This document shows, one piece after another, positions 40,747-54,149 of a stretch of DNA of 64,000 nucleotides; position 1 is the first letter of the stretch, and each line of letters starts with the position of its first letter. The stretch lies in assembly GCA_964016885.1 (NCBI GenBank), contig OZ024749.1, forward strand, positions 1,984,001 through 2,048,000. The letters run 5' to 3'. The stretch is from Eledone cirrhosa. Taxonomy: Eukaryota. Position numbers and translations under genes: made by a program. A model generated the notes under the pieces. The model was not told the origin of the DNA, ran no database searches, and saw only the letters and a list, made by a program, of their open reading frames with translations.

Positions 40747-41200
40747 TAAAATACGTATTTAAGAAAGCCACAACAATGCAGAGGGAAATCTCGAGGTAGG
40801 AAGTGAAAGATAGATAGGAAAAACAGGTGAAAGTGAAAATTGAGAGAGACAAAGATGAAAACAAAACAAAGGTAGAAGGGTTACCGTAGTAGAGATTTAA
40901 TCCCAATATTTCGGGCTCACGCCCATCAACGGGGGAAAGTTCCAAAAGGGGGGGAACAGGCCAAGCGGAGAAAGTTGTGATGTCGTTATGTTCCCCCCCT
41001 TTTGGAACTTTCCCCCGTTGATGGGCGTGAGCCCGAAATATTGGGATTAAATCTCTACTACGGTAACCCTTCTACCTTTGTTTTGTTTTCATCTTTGTCT
41101 CTCTCAATTATCACTTTCACCTGTTTTTCCTATCTATCTTTCACTTCCTACCTCGAGATTTCCCTCTGCATTGTTGTGGCTTTCTTAAATACGTATTTTA
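40747..41200. repeat. 212-bp-arm inverted repeat, 30-nt spacer (Penelope-like terminal repeat)
   Basis: Arms 40747-40958 and 40989-41200 are near-identical; each has a hammerhead-like motif; ends in (TA)n. Confidence 0.88.
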
Positions 41201-41843
41201 TATATATATATATATGATTATATATCCATGTCGGCTGTACAATAGGGTTTAATTAAAGTATTAACCATTATTTCATTAGTCAGGTGAGTCTAAAAATCGC
41301 TGATCGTTAGAAGTTACGTCATTCGATTTTAATTACAAACGATACCCGACCAAATCATCAGAATACTTGGATTCCCTTAAACGATATCTTGTTATCTTAG
41401 GCTGCAATTTCCAGCAGTTTTATTTCCCCATTCAGGCCACTAGCTACGGTCTGAAGTACGTATTTTTCCTTTTCTATCCCCACGTGCTGACGACTAGTTA
41501 CCTAATTTCTAATAGAAGTGTAAGACATATTTTCTGAAACACCTGACGATGATCTATGGGGAATGTGATTCTTGCACTATTTAGTGGAACAATCCCACCA
41601 TGGAACTGTACAAGTATTATAGTTATGAAGGTACGTTTTACATATAAGTTAATCTATTTAATTATGTTCTATTTCCTGTACGTCGTTTATGTCTTTCTCT
41701 CTAATGGGAATATGCCCTTGTAATGAAAAACATGTTCTTTTTCGAGTATTCCCTCCTCTCTATATTATGTATAAATATATGAAACTAACGAAACAGCTCT
41801 AGTCCTGTGGAAGTCATTTCTATATGAAATATATACACACATA

Positions 41844-41905
<62 letters not shown>

Positions 41906-41934
41906 GTGTGTGTATATATATTTATATACATACA

Positions 41935-42216
41935 GAGTTGTATGGGAGCTTCTCAAAAGTCAGCTCAAAAGTGACACAGAGGAGACTGAGGTTAGCTGGA
42001 CATGCTCACCGACATCCAGAGTTGACATTGCAATCAGTGCTCCAGTGGGACCCTCTACATGGACACACTGGAAGAGGAAGACCAAGGTTAACGTATGTTC
42101 ATGCCCTAAGGACAGACACTGGTCTGTTGGAGACGCAGGACATGGCAGCGATAATGAGGGACAGAGACCGCTGGAGAGAACTCGTCCATGGATCTCGGGA
42201 ATTTTACCCGCTCTAG
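41935..42216 (+). mobile_element. 3' fragment of an RTE-like LINE
   Basis: VTQRRLRLAGHAHRHPE..GRGRPRLTYV..DRDRWRELVHGSREFYPL*, embedded in (TA)n. Confidence 0.78.
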
Positions 42217-42220
42217 ATAG

Positions 42221-42251
<31 letters not shown>

Positions 42252-42756
42252 CATACATATACACATATATATATATATGTTTAAATACGCATGCTTATAT
42301 ATACATGCATGCATATGTATGTATACATATATATGCATATATTTATATGTATATACATTTCATATATACATATATATACACACACACATATATTTATATA
42401 TATGATATGTAGCCTCTTGGATTGTGTTCACCATTATTGTGTAACTATTATGCAATATACACCTGATGGTGTCGCCAGAATTCTACGTAATCTGGCCACT
42501 GAAATGTATATAGTGGTTACAGATGTAAAACTTTCAAGGAATTTAACCAATGCACAGGATATGGAGAAGAAACCGACACTTTCATTTTGTTTTGTCCGGG
42601 CTAAATTGTTTAATACCAGCACATAAGCCCGAACCTAGCACTAATAACTAAACCTGAGAAACACTGAATCACAGCACTTCGGCAGTGCCGAGAGATCATT
42701 GAGTGAGTGGGAAGATTCAACCTACTTGCAAAAATTATTGTTCGATACACTGGTAT

Positions 42757-44427
42757 AGGAGAAGGAAAACTCTGATATAACACCTGCAACCCTGATGGTA
42801 TCCAATGATGTTGACTTGTTCTTCTTTTTGGTAAATATCATCTTGGTTAAGAGAGTGGGACTGGCTTTGTGCAGTGCCTTTGCTCACTATAAAAGCTTCA
42901 CGGCACAGGCATTGCTTTATATCTGGAGATCTCTCTGCACTTGTCCTCACATGGTACCATGGGCCCAGCACTATGTGTCAATAATTGTCACAAGTGTAGT
43001 GTTTGTACCAGAGTTTTCAAGTCGCTGGCTGGACTAAGAAGTCACACTCGTTCAGCGCATCGGTAGAGGTTCTCCTACATGGATATAAAGTAGTGGCCGT
43101 ACTCGAAGACGAGTTGGCAGCCACCATGTATGTATGTATGTATGTATGTATGTATGTATGTATGTATGTCTCATGGTCGGGTCTTTGGTGACTAAACTGG
43201 CAACCCCACCAAGGTTTCTTGGTGAGGAGGGTGACTTTGGACATCCTGCAGGACTAAAAACAAAACCTGTCAAAGGGCAAAGGAGCTCTTAAGAGTCAAT
43301 GGCCATCCAAAATAACCGGGAGAGATGACCCCTTAGCCTTTGTCAAGGCAGAATTCTAGGAGAAGGAAAACTCTAATATACCACCTGCAACCCTGATGGT
43401 ATCCAATGATGTTGACTTGTTCTTCTTTTTGGTAAATATCATCTTGGTTAAGAGAGTGGGACTGGCTTTGTGCAGTGCCTTTGCTCACTATAAAAGCTTC
43501 ACGGCACAGGCATTGCTTTATATCTGGTGATGTCTCTGCACTTGTCGTCACATGGTACCATGGGCCCAGCACTATGTGTCAGTAATTGTCACAAGTGTAG
43601 TGTTTGTACCAGAGTTTTCAAGTCGCTGGCTGGACTAAAAAGTCACACTCGTTCAGCGCATCTGTAGGGGTTCTCCTACATGGATATAAAGTAGTGGCCG
43701 TACTCAAAAACGAGTTGGCAGCCACCATGTATGTATGTATGTCACATGGTCGGGTCCCTGCGACTAAATCGGCAACCCCACTAAGTTTACTTGGTGAGGA
43801 GGATGATTTTGGACACCCTGCAGGACAAAAAACCAAACCTGACAAAGGGCGGAAGAACTCATAAGAGTCAACGGCCATCCGAAAGTGTGTAAATTTTATA
43901 TACACATGTACCGCACGCTTAAACCACTGGGAGTGAAGGACTCATAGCTTTTGTCAGGGCATTCTTCTAGGAGAAGGCAACTCAGGAAACTGGGATGACT
44001 CCGATATAAAACCTGCGGATCAGTAGTTACCGATGATGTTGATCTTTTCTTCTTTTCGGGTTATAGCTACTGTCGCTCAGAGAGTGGGATTGGCTCAGTG
44101 CACAGTGTTTCCTCACTTAAAAAAATATCTTCATGCACAGGCATTACACGATAGAATTAATTAATTATTTCTACTCTTGGCACAAGGTCAGCAATTACCC
44201 AGTGCATTACTGGTACTTTACTTTATCGACCCCGTAAGGATGAAAGGCAAAGTTAACCTCGGTGGGATTCTAACTCAGAATGGCAAGGGCCGTAACTCTA
44301 TGCGTCAAAGCATAGCGTCCGACTCTCTACCGATACTGCCAATCCACCGCCCTTAGAATTAAATAATAATTATTAATAATGGTATATCGTGCAATGGCCA
44401 TAGTCGATAACGAGGGGGCAGCCATCA
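42757..44427 (+). mobile_element. Tandem array of RTE-derived elements A (42757-43125), A (43147-43726), B (43741-44427; SINE inserted at ~44165-44353)
   Basis: Head-to-tail copies separated only by (ATGT)n tails. Confidence 0.82.
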
Positions 44428-45124
44428 CGTGTTATGTATGTATGTATGTATATGTGTGTGTATGTATGTATGTATATGTGTGTGTGTGTATATATTTATG
44501 TATGTATGTATATGTGTATGTATATGTATGTATGTGTGTATGTGTGTGTATGTGTGTGTATGTATGTATGTGTGTGTGTGTATATATTTATGTATGTATG
44601 TATATGTGTATGTATATGTATGTATGTGTGTGTATGTATGTGTATGTGTGTGTATGTGTGTGTATGTGTGTGTATGTGTGTGTGTATTCTATAAACTATA
44701 CCAATTCCATTTTAATTCATCATTCGTGTGTAGTATGACTTCTTGATATTGACGTAGAGAAGCAGTATAAGCGATTCTGAAATTCCCCTAATAAACAATC
44801 TCATGATACTGTTAGTTAATTCATGCAATGACATAATACAGTTTAAATCACTGGTAAATAGGAATTGTAGTCGTGCAGACCAGTCGACAGATGGCGCTAT
44901 ATCAATGCATTTATGCAACAGCCATTGCAGTCACACGTGTACAGTTGGTACAAAATTTACGGCTGAATTTAATGCGCTTCATTTAGTTTCTCTTCCGTTA
45001 GTTAGATTGTAAACTTATGTATCTGGATACGTATATTTCGATATACACACATCCACACACACACAGTCATATATATATATATATACATATACATGCATAG
45101 ATATTTATATAAAAATGTGTGTGT

Positions 45125-45184
<60 letters not shown>

Positions 45185-45239
45185 ATACACATATGTGAGT
45201 ATGCACTAAGGTATTTATAAATGCATATACCAATGTATT

Positions 45240-45720
45240 TATGTATACATACATGCACACATGTATACATACATGCACACATGTATACATAGATACACCC
45301 ATGTATACATACATGCACACATGTATTCATAGATACACACATGTATACACACATGCACACATGTATACATAGATACACACATGTATACATACATGCACAC
45401 ATATATACATTGATACACCCATGTATACACACATGCACACATGTATACATAGATACACACATGTTTACATACATGCACACATGTTTACATAGATACACAC
45501 ATGTATACATACATGCACACATGTATACATAGATACACCCATGTATACATACATGTATACATAGATACACACATGTATACACACATGTTTACATAGATAC
45601 ACACATGTATACATACATGCACACATGTATACATAGATACACCCATGTTTACATACATGTATACATAGATACACACATGTATACATAGATACACACATGT
45701 ATACATACATGCACACATGT
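45240..45720. repeat. Compound TACA/CATG-based tandem repeat
   Basis: ~20-bp units such as ATGTATACATACATGCACAC and ATGTATACATAGATACACAC. Confidence 0.85.
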
Positions 45721-45878
45721 GGATTATTACATTTCTGTTGCATATTTGAAGATTTACTGTGATGCATATTGCATCAGTTCTCAAAATGATTATTTAATCT
45801 ACACCTCCATCATTGCCAGCTTCGAATACTGTATGAATACTGGCGTATTTCCTGAGGACACATGTACACACACACACA

Positions 45879-45948
<70 letters not shown>

Positions 45949-46117
45949 TATACATATACACGCATTCTCAAAGACATTTCCACGCATATGTAGTCAGAGA
46001 TACATCCACAGTCATATTATAAATAAGACCTCAAGCTTACAGTGTAACTTTGTTTCACCAGAGATATAAATATCTGTCAGGGCTATCCACTAGTATCCAG
46101 TAGCATCAATTAGTACG

Positions 46118-46300
46118 GGGATTGGCAGTATCGGTAGAGGCTCGGACGCCATGCTTTGCAGCAAAGAGTTACGGCCCTTGACATTCTGAGTTCAAATCCC
46201 GCCGAGGTTAACTTTGCCTTTCATCCTTACGGGGTCGATAAAATAAAGTACCAGTAATACACTGAGATAATTGCTGGCCTTGTGCCAAAAGTGGAAAAAT
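46118..46300 (+). mobile_element. tRNA-derived SINE, near full length
   Basis: Head, B-box GAGTTCAAATCC, central domain and tail. Confidence 0.85.
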
Positions 46301-46312
46301 TATAATCCCCAG

Positions 46313-46888
46313 TGAATTGGCAGTATCGGTAGAGGGTTGGACGCCATGTTAGGGCGGTGGATTGGCAGTATCGGTAGAGGGTTGGACGCCATGTTAGGGC
46401 GATGGATTGGCAGTATCGGTAGAGGGTTGGACGCCATGATAGGGCGGTGGATTGGCAGTATCGGTAGAGGGTTGGACGCCATGTTAGGGCGGTGGATTGG
46501 CAGTATCGGTAGAGGGTTGGACGCCATGATAGGGCGGTGGATTGGCAGTATCGGTAGAGGGTTGGACGCCATGTTAGGGCGGTGGATTGGCAGTATCGGT
46601 AGAGGGTTGGACGCCATGTTAGGGCGGTGGATTGGCAGTATCGGTAGAGGGTTGGACGCCATGATAGGGCGGTGGATTGGCAGTATCGGTAGAGGGTTGG
46701 ACGCCATGTTAGGGCGGTGGATTGGCAGTATCGGTAGAGGGTTGGACGCCATGTTAGGGCGGTGGATTGGCAGTATCGGTAGAGGGCTGGACGCCATGTT
46801 AGGGCGGTGGATTGGCAGTATCGGTAGAGGGTTGGACGCCATGTTAGGGCGGTGGATTGGCAGTATCGGTAGAGGGTTGGACGCCATG
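46313..46888 (+). repeat. 45-bp tandem array (~13 copies) of the SINE 5' head
   Basis: TTAGGGCGGTGGATTGGCAGTATCGGTAGAGGGTTGGACGCCATG; the last unit runs into a complete SINE ending ~47040. Confidence 0.92.
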
Positions 46889-47729
46889 CTTTCCAGCATA
46901 GAGTTACGTCTCTTTACGGTCTGAGTTCAAATCACGCCGAGGTTAACTTTGCTTTTCATCCTTACGGGGTCGATTAAATAGAGTACGAGTAATGTACTGG
47001 GTAATTGCTGGCCTTGTGCCAAGAGTAGAAACAATTATTATCCTCCTGCTCAGTCTATCTGAACAAATCTACCAGTAATTAACCCAATGAACGGAAACAA
47101 GGTAGAGATCAACCCCAGAAAGCTATGCAAGGACCTCAGAAGCAACTGAGACGGAGCAGATATTATGAAGTAGAGTACCGTCCTTAATATAACAGCTTAT
47201 ATCTCGTATAATCCGAAGTCTCAGAGATACGAGATGAATATAAGATCTTAAAACTTTAGGATAATAATATTGATCACTAATGTTGGCAAAATACCAGATT
47301 GATTTCCTGGTGGAAAGGAGGGATTAAGTCTATTACATTGACCCCCGGAATTTTAATGGTACTTTTTTTGCAATTCTTTCAATAAATATTGAACCCCTTA
47401 CAACAGAAAATGGGTACCGATAATAGCTGGCTGTTTAAACCTGCAATGGTGTCGTTTCGAGTTCAGGATGGGGTCTTGTACTCGCAGTCGTTTAACGCCC
47501 AGGAAAGATGCATAATGAGCACCGTCATAGGCAGTCTCCGGGCATGAGAGTTATAACCAAAATGGCTATTTCGAATCTGTACCACAAACAGTTACAATAA
47601 CAAAAGCAACGTGACTGCCAGTGTATGGCAGAAAGCTTAAAGCTTCCATTTGTAGAGTTAAGAGCCACCTACTACAATTTTGAATTTAGTTAGCGATTAC
47701 TGAGGTGTCGGTAAACAACCAACATATAC

Positions 47730-47780
<51 letters not shown>

Positions 47781-47924
47781 TATGTTGGTTGTTTACCGAC
47801 ACCTCAGTAGGCAGATTGGAGCACTCGATGAAGTACGTAGGTTGGTTTGTTTACTCCGGAGTAATGTAAAATAATTAAGTCAAATATGTAAAATTTGGCT
47901 TCGTTTATTACAAATTATAGATAT

Positions 47925-47981
47925 ACTACTATATATATATTTCGGTTACAGCCATCATTGGCTGTGACCTCTTCAGGTAGT
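47925..47981 (-). ncRNA. Type I minimal hammerhead ribozyme motif, canonical core
   Basis: ACUAC-CUGAAGA-GGUCACAGCCA(AUGA)UGGCUGUAACC-GAA-AUAUAUAUAU-A-GUAGU. Confidence 0.78.
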
Positions 47982-48702
47982 TCGAATTGGTGAGGGAAAG
48001 ACAGGTACACATGTTGTTGAAGTGTGTTTTACTCCGTCAATACATCGATATGTCCAGTTCCTGGTAGTGTTGTTATTTCTCAGCCATATATATATATATA
48101 TATATATATAAACACGCATACAAATACATAGATGGCTTTTTATATATATATATATATATTCAAAAACACACAGAAACATTTAAACGCACACACGCACGCA
48201 CACACACATATACATATATACATACATACATACATACCTACGATTGCGCATAAATGTTGCATTGTAGTATGGTTCTATTGGACAGAAAGAAAACAACTTG
48301 TTGTCAATTAGGATACATAAGAGTCATTCCGAGAATATTTAAGAATGTTGAGTATGTGTGAAAAACTATTATCTCGTCAACTTGAGAAATAAATATACTC
48401 CATTGTCTGTTTTTCCATTTTTTAGATAAAGTTTACTTTTACTATATTTTAAGAGGTTTTCTCAACTTTTCAAGAATGTCATTGGATTTTTTACCCGAAA
48501 GATTATTTGTATATTTAAAGAGAAATGTTTGTTTTATTAATCCCCAAAACATCATATTGAATTTCTGTTATTTTAAATAACAATTTACAAATGTTTTCGC
48601 AGGTTGATTTAAATAGACTGGTAGAAAAATGTAAAAAAATCAATCACGTTATTTTTACACAACACATTTTCCTCTAAATAGCTTTTGTTTTGTTTATCAA
48701 CA

Positions 48703-48802
<100 letters not shown>

Positions 48803-48947
48803 CTATCTATCTATCAAAAGATTTGTTGTTGTGGTTGTGGAGCATCTATCTATCTATCTATCTATCTATGAGGACGCCTTTTCATGTAAACTCCCCCCAT
48901 TATACTTGTCCCACTTTTTGATGCCCTGGTGGCAAATAAAAAGAAAG

Positions 48948-48979
<32 letters not shown>

Positions 48980-49227
48980 TTATCTATCTACCTACCTCTC
49001 CATCTTCCTATCTATCTACATCTCTACCTATCTATCTATCTATCTATCTATATATCTATCTATCTCTCTCTATCCATCTCTCTATCTATCTATCTCTCTT
49101 TCAAAAACGAAAGAGAGGCGGTTTTCCTCCTACAGTGGCTATGGTGAAAGAGCTTATATGGTGAACGAGATTGATAGGACTGAGGACAGATGTCTTTCTC
49201 TCCGGACAACAACTCATTCCCTTCTTT

Positions 49228-50835
49228 AGAGTTGTTCGGTGTTATAGCAGTGAAGTGATTAGCCAGAGTTGTGTGGTGTTGTAGTAGTGTAGTCATTAAC
49301 CAGAGTTGTGTGGTTTTGTAGTAGTGTAGTCATTAACCAGAGTTGTGTGGTGTTATAGTAGTGTAGTCATTAACCAGAGTTGTGTGGTGTTATAGCAGTG
49401 AAGTGATTAACCAGAGTTGTGTGGTGTTATAGCAGTGAAGTGATTAACCAGAGTTGTGTGGTGTTATAGCAGTGAAGTGATTAACCAGAGTTGTGTGGTG
49501 TTATAGCAGTGTAGTCATTAACCAGAGTTGTGTGGTGTTATAGGAGTGTAGTCATTAACCAGAGTTGTGTGGTGTTATAGCAGTGAAGTGATTAACCAGA
49601 GTTGTGTGGTGTTATAGCAGTGAAGTGATTAACCAGAGTTGTGTGGTGTTATAGCAGTGAAGTGATTAACCAGAGTTGTGTGGTGTTATAGCAGTGTAGT
49701 CATTAACCAGAGTTGTGTGGTGTTATAGGAGTGTAGTCATTAACCAGAGTTGTGTGGTGTTATAGCAGTGTAGTCATTAACCAGAGTTGTGTGGTGTTAT
49801 AGTAGTGTAGTGATTAGCCAGAGTTGTGTGGTGTTGTAGTAGTGTAGTCATTAACCAGAGTTGTGTGGTGTTGTAGTAGTGTAGTCATTAACCAGAGTTG
49901 TGTGGTGTTATAGCAGTGTAGTCATTAACCAGAGTTGTGTGGTGTTATAGCAGTGTAGTGATTAGCCAGAGTTGTGTGGTGTTATAGTAGTGTAGTCATT
50001 AGCCAGAGTTGTGTGGCGTTGTAGCAGTGTAGTGATTAGCCAGAGTTGTGTGGTGTTATAGCAGTGTAGTGATTAGCCAGAGTTGTGTGGTGTTATAGTA
50101 GTGTAGTCATTAACCAGAGTTGTGTGGCGTTGTAGCAGTGTAGTCATTAACCAGAGTTGTGTGGTGTTATAGCAGTGTAGTCATTAACCAGAGTTGTGTG
50201 GTGTTATAGCAGTGTAGTCATTAACCAGAGTTGTGTGGTGTTATAGCAGTGTAGTCATTAACCAGAGTTGTGTGGTGTTATAGTAGTGTAGTCATTAACC
50301 AGAGTTGTGTGGTGTTATAGCAGTGTAGTCATTAACCAGAGTTGTGTGGTGTTATAGCAGTGTAGTCATTAACCAGAGTTGTGTGGTGTTATAGCAGTGT
50401 AGTCATTAACCAGAGTTGTGTGGTGTTATAGTAGTGTAGTGATTAGCCAGAGTTGTGTGGTGTTATAGTAGTGTAGTCATTAACCAGAGTTGTGTGGTGT
50501 TATAGCAGTGTAGTCATTAACCAGAGTTGTGTGGTGTTATAGTAGTGTAGTCATTAACCAGAGTTGTGTGGTGTTATAGTAGTGTAGTGATTAGCCAGAG
50601 TTGTGTGGTGTTATAGTAGTGTAGTCATTAACCAGAGTTGTGTGGTGTTATAGCAGTGTAGTGATTAACCAGAGTTGTGTGGTGTTATAGCAGTGTAGTG
50701 ATTAGCCAGAGTTGTGTGGTGTTATAGTAGTGTAGTCATTAACCAGAGTTGTGTGGTTTTATAGTAGTGTAGTCATTAACCAGAGTTGTGTGGCGTTGTA
50801 GCAGTGTAGTGATTAGCCAGAGTTGTGTGGTGTTA
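49228..50835. repeat. 37-bp minisatellite, ~43 copies
   Basis: TTAACCAGAGTTGTGTGGTGTTATAGCAGTGTAGTCA. Confidence 0.95.
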
Positions 50836-51333
50836 GAAGGAGCAGTGATTAGTGGTTCTGTCTGTCATGGTTCTGCTAACTTTGTAATACAGTGTTATCA
50901 TATACAACTGTTAATGATGGAACCCGAATCAGGAGGAAGAGCAGAACCATAACATTTAGACATTTATTGTACAACACATTGTTATATGACTTAGCTTCGG
51001 ATGGGGAGAACTTGTGTAATTGAGGTTCACCATAGCTTCCTAACGACTCTTCATGGCCAACTTGAGCAAATATAATTTACCTGTCTCCGGTATTTTACAT
51101 GTGTCGGAGCCCTTCCATGTGTAGGCAGACGACGGATGATGTCTTCCATAGAGAGTAAAATAGTGAAGGAGAAGTGGAGAGGAGAGAGGAACGGAGGGAG
51201 GAGGAGAGAGAGGGAGAGTGAGAAAGAGAGTGAGAGAGTGAGAGCGGGAGGAGAAAGATAGATATAGAGGGAGTGAGGGGGAGAGAGAGGAGAAAAAAGA
51301 TATGTATATATATATATATATATATGTATATAG

Positions 51334-52250
51334 TTATACTTTGGGAGGGTCACGCTGTCAATAAAAACACACACACCCGTTGGTATTAACTTCAATTTAA
51401 TATATTCAGTTGGATAGTTGATTCGATAACCGGATAGTGGTTTATATATTGTCAAAGCTCTTTCGTAACACATTCTCTGACCTCCTCAATGACTAGGTTT
51501 TTATTTTGTGTATCTTCTTTGTTCTGTCCTACACCATCTTGTTTTTATGTGTTGTGTGCTTAGTTTGTGCATGAGTTACATCCGGGTATGTGTGCGTGTG
51601 TGTGTTTATTTATTAATTTATGTGTTACTAGTTGGTTGTTTGCTATATCTGTGTGTGTCTGATTTGTTTTGTTAGTTTGTTTTTTTTGTGTCTGTATGTC
51701 TTCAGTTTGTCCTTAGTTACTAGTTGTGATGTTGCTATTCTGCTCATGTTTTCTGTTTAATTTTGGTAAGAGATCGTTTATATTTGTGGCTTCTGTGATT
51801 TGCCTGAGAACTGCATCTTTTCTCTGTGTGTGGATATTAACTTTTAACTCTATGTTCTCTAATGTGCCCCCATGTTCTATTTTGGCATGTTGGTGGAGTA
51901 CTGATGAGTTCTTCCCATCCTGGAGTTCTCGCCAGTGTTCACTTATTCTTTCTCCTATGTTACGGGTTGTTTCACCTCTGTATGTTATGTTCTTATTCCT
52001 ACACTGTCCCTCAGTACATCTTATGCTATATACTACGTTTCTAGTAACTGAGGAGGTCACAGAATGTGTGACGAAAGAGCCTTGACAATATTTAAATAAC
52101 CATCCGGTTATCGAACCAACCAACCGGAAATTTATAATAAATTGAAGTGAAAACCAACAGGTGCGTGTGTTTTTATTGGCACATGACCCTCCCAAAGTAT
52201 AAAAAATATCTGTTTCAACACACGTTTTCAGATAAGAAACCTTGCAAAAC
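51334..52250 (-). mobile_element. 5'-truncated Penelope-like element with inverted terminal repeat
   Basis: GIY-YIG-like frame (NVVYSIRC..YRGETTRNIGERISEH..LRQITEA..LNRKHE) at ~51713-52040. 3' repeat 51334-51495 (-) and inverted copy 52042-52205 (+), both with hammerhead-like motifs. Confidence 0.8.
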
Positions 52251-52504
52251 AAATTCAAAAACGAAATAGAGAGAGAGAGAGAGAGAGAGAGAGAAGGGGA
52301 TTCCAGTGCTAAAGAGGTACTTTATTTATCGACCTCGATGATAAATGAAGACGAAAGGCAAAGTCGACCTCTGTGTGATTTTAACAAACTAGAATTTTTT
52401 CAACACGCTGACGCGTATGTGTATGTGTGTGTATGTGTGTGCATGTATGTATATAGATTGTACACACAAGCGTAGAGAAGGTTAGACGATGTTTTCTGTA
52501 GTTT

Positions 52505-52780
52505 GTAATCACCCCTTCTTTCCTCAGTCATCTCTAGTGTGTGATGTCATAACCCCTTCCTTCCTCAGCCATCTCGACCGCGTGACGTCATCACCTCTTT
52601 CCTCAGTCATCTCGATTGCGTGACGTCATCACCCCTTCCTTCCTCAATCATCTCTAGTGTGTCACGTCATCACCCTTCCTTCCTCAATCATCTTTAATGC
52701 ATGACGTCATCACCTCTTCCTTCCTCTGTCATCGCTATTGCGTGACGTCATCACCCCTTCCTTCAGTCATCTCTAGAGTG
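52505..52780. repeat. ~40-bp tandem repeat containing TGACGTCA
   Basis: Six to seven units; perfect TGACGTCA at 52583, 52621, 52702, 52743. Confidence 0.85.
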
Positions 52781-53600
52781 TGACGGAAGGACGGACAGAT
52801 GGAAGTTGTTCCACTATATATAAAAATGCCGCTTCTTATCTAGAAAGTTCTAAAGATTCTGCCAAACGATGGCCTTCTTTGCCTGGCAATACATTTGAAG
52901 AAACTATCGGGGTAAGGTGCCGCCAGTTATATTTAATAGAAGGCTCTAACGACTCAGTTAATTCGGCACCTAATCTGGAAGTTCGATAACATGGAATTAC
53001 CAGTTACAATCTTAAAGGAGAGATCGTCATAAACATGTACAACAACAAGAAAAACATCTCCAGGTATTAGACGGATATAGACAAAAATTTATATGTTCAA
53101 TACAGACAGTTAGTTCCGTTTATATTTTAAAACTAATTTTCAATTAATGAAATTTAAATTGCTCAAGAAGCATCTTCGATTAAAACCTTCTATGTATTTA
53201 TACACTGAGTTTGAAAATGGAAAATAAAAATATTCTCAATTTCCATAAATCAGTTATTCCTATAATATTGAAGTAAATTAAAATTAGTAATTCCACTCAG
53301 CCCTCACCTCTCATTCACCAAACTAATTTAAACACTATAACTGTAACACTTCCTCAGTAGATGTGTGTATATACCAATATATTCAGATGTGGGACTGTAG
53401 TAAGTCTACATACATTCACACACACACACACAACATGCACACATGTACGAACATACATGCACACACACACATACATAAAAGAATATACGTGTATACACAG
53501 ATGGATAGGTAGATATGTATGTATGCATATATGTACGGACATACACACATACAAACATAGGTATATATATATACCTATGTTTTAAAGACGCATATTATAT

Positions 53601-53641
<41 letters not shown>

Positions 53642-53766
53642 ATACATACATATATAACCAAATTTATTCATACGCATATAAAGACGTTAATAACGATGTC
53701 TCCCCATGCGTATAACTAATTAGATAGTCTCACAGACACAGAGAGACATACATATATCTACATGCT

Positions 53767-53862
<96 letters not shown>

Positions 53863-54080
53863 AACACATGTTAATCAATAAATATATCATATATACCACA
53901 GAGAGGAAATTATTCAATTTTCTCCATTAGAAATACCGATATTATTACATATAATTACACACAAACACTCATGCATATCCCCTCCTCTTTTCTCTCATAT
54001 ATATATATATGTAAAAATTTATATATATATAAATATATATAAATAAATATTTAAATATATATAAATATATATAAATATAT

Positions 54081-54149
<69 letters not shown>

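Noticed and set aside
46300-46924. CRISPR-like or coding interpretation of the 45-bp array
   Set aside because: No unique spacers and no cas genes; the unit is the SINE head.
49228-50835. 37-bp array as CRISPR
   Set aside because: Contiguous tandem units without spacers, in a eukaryotic context.
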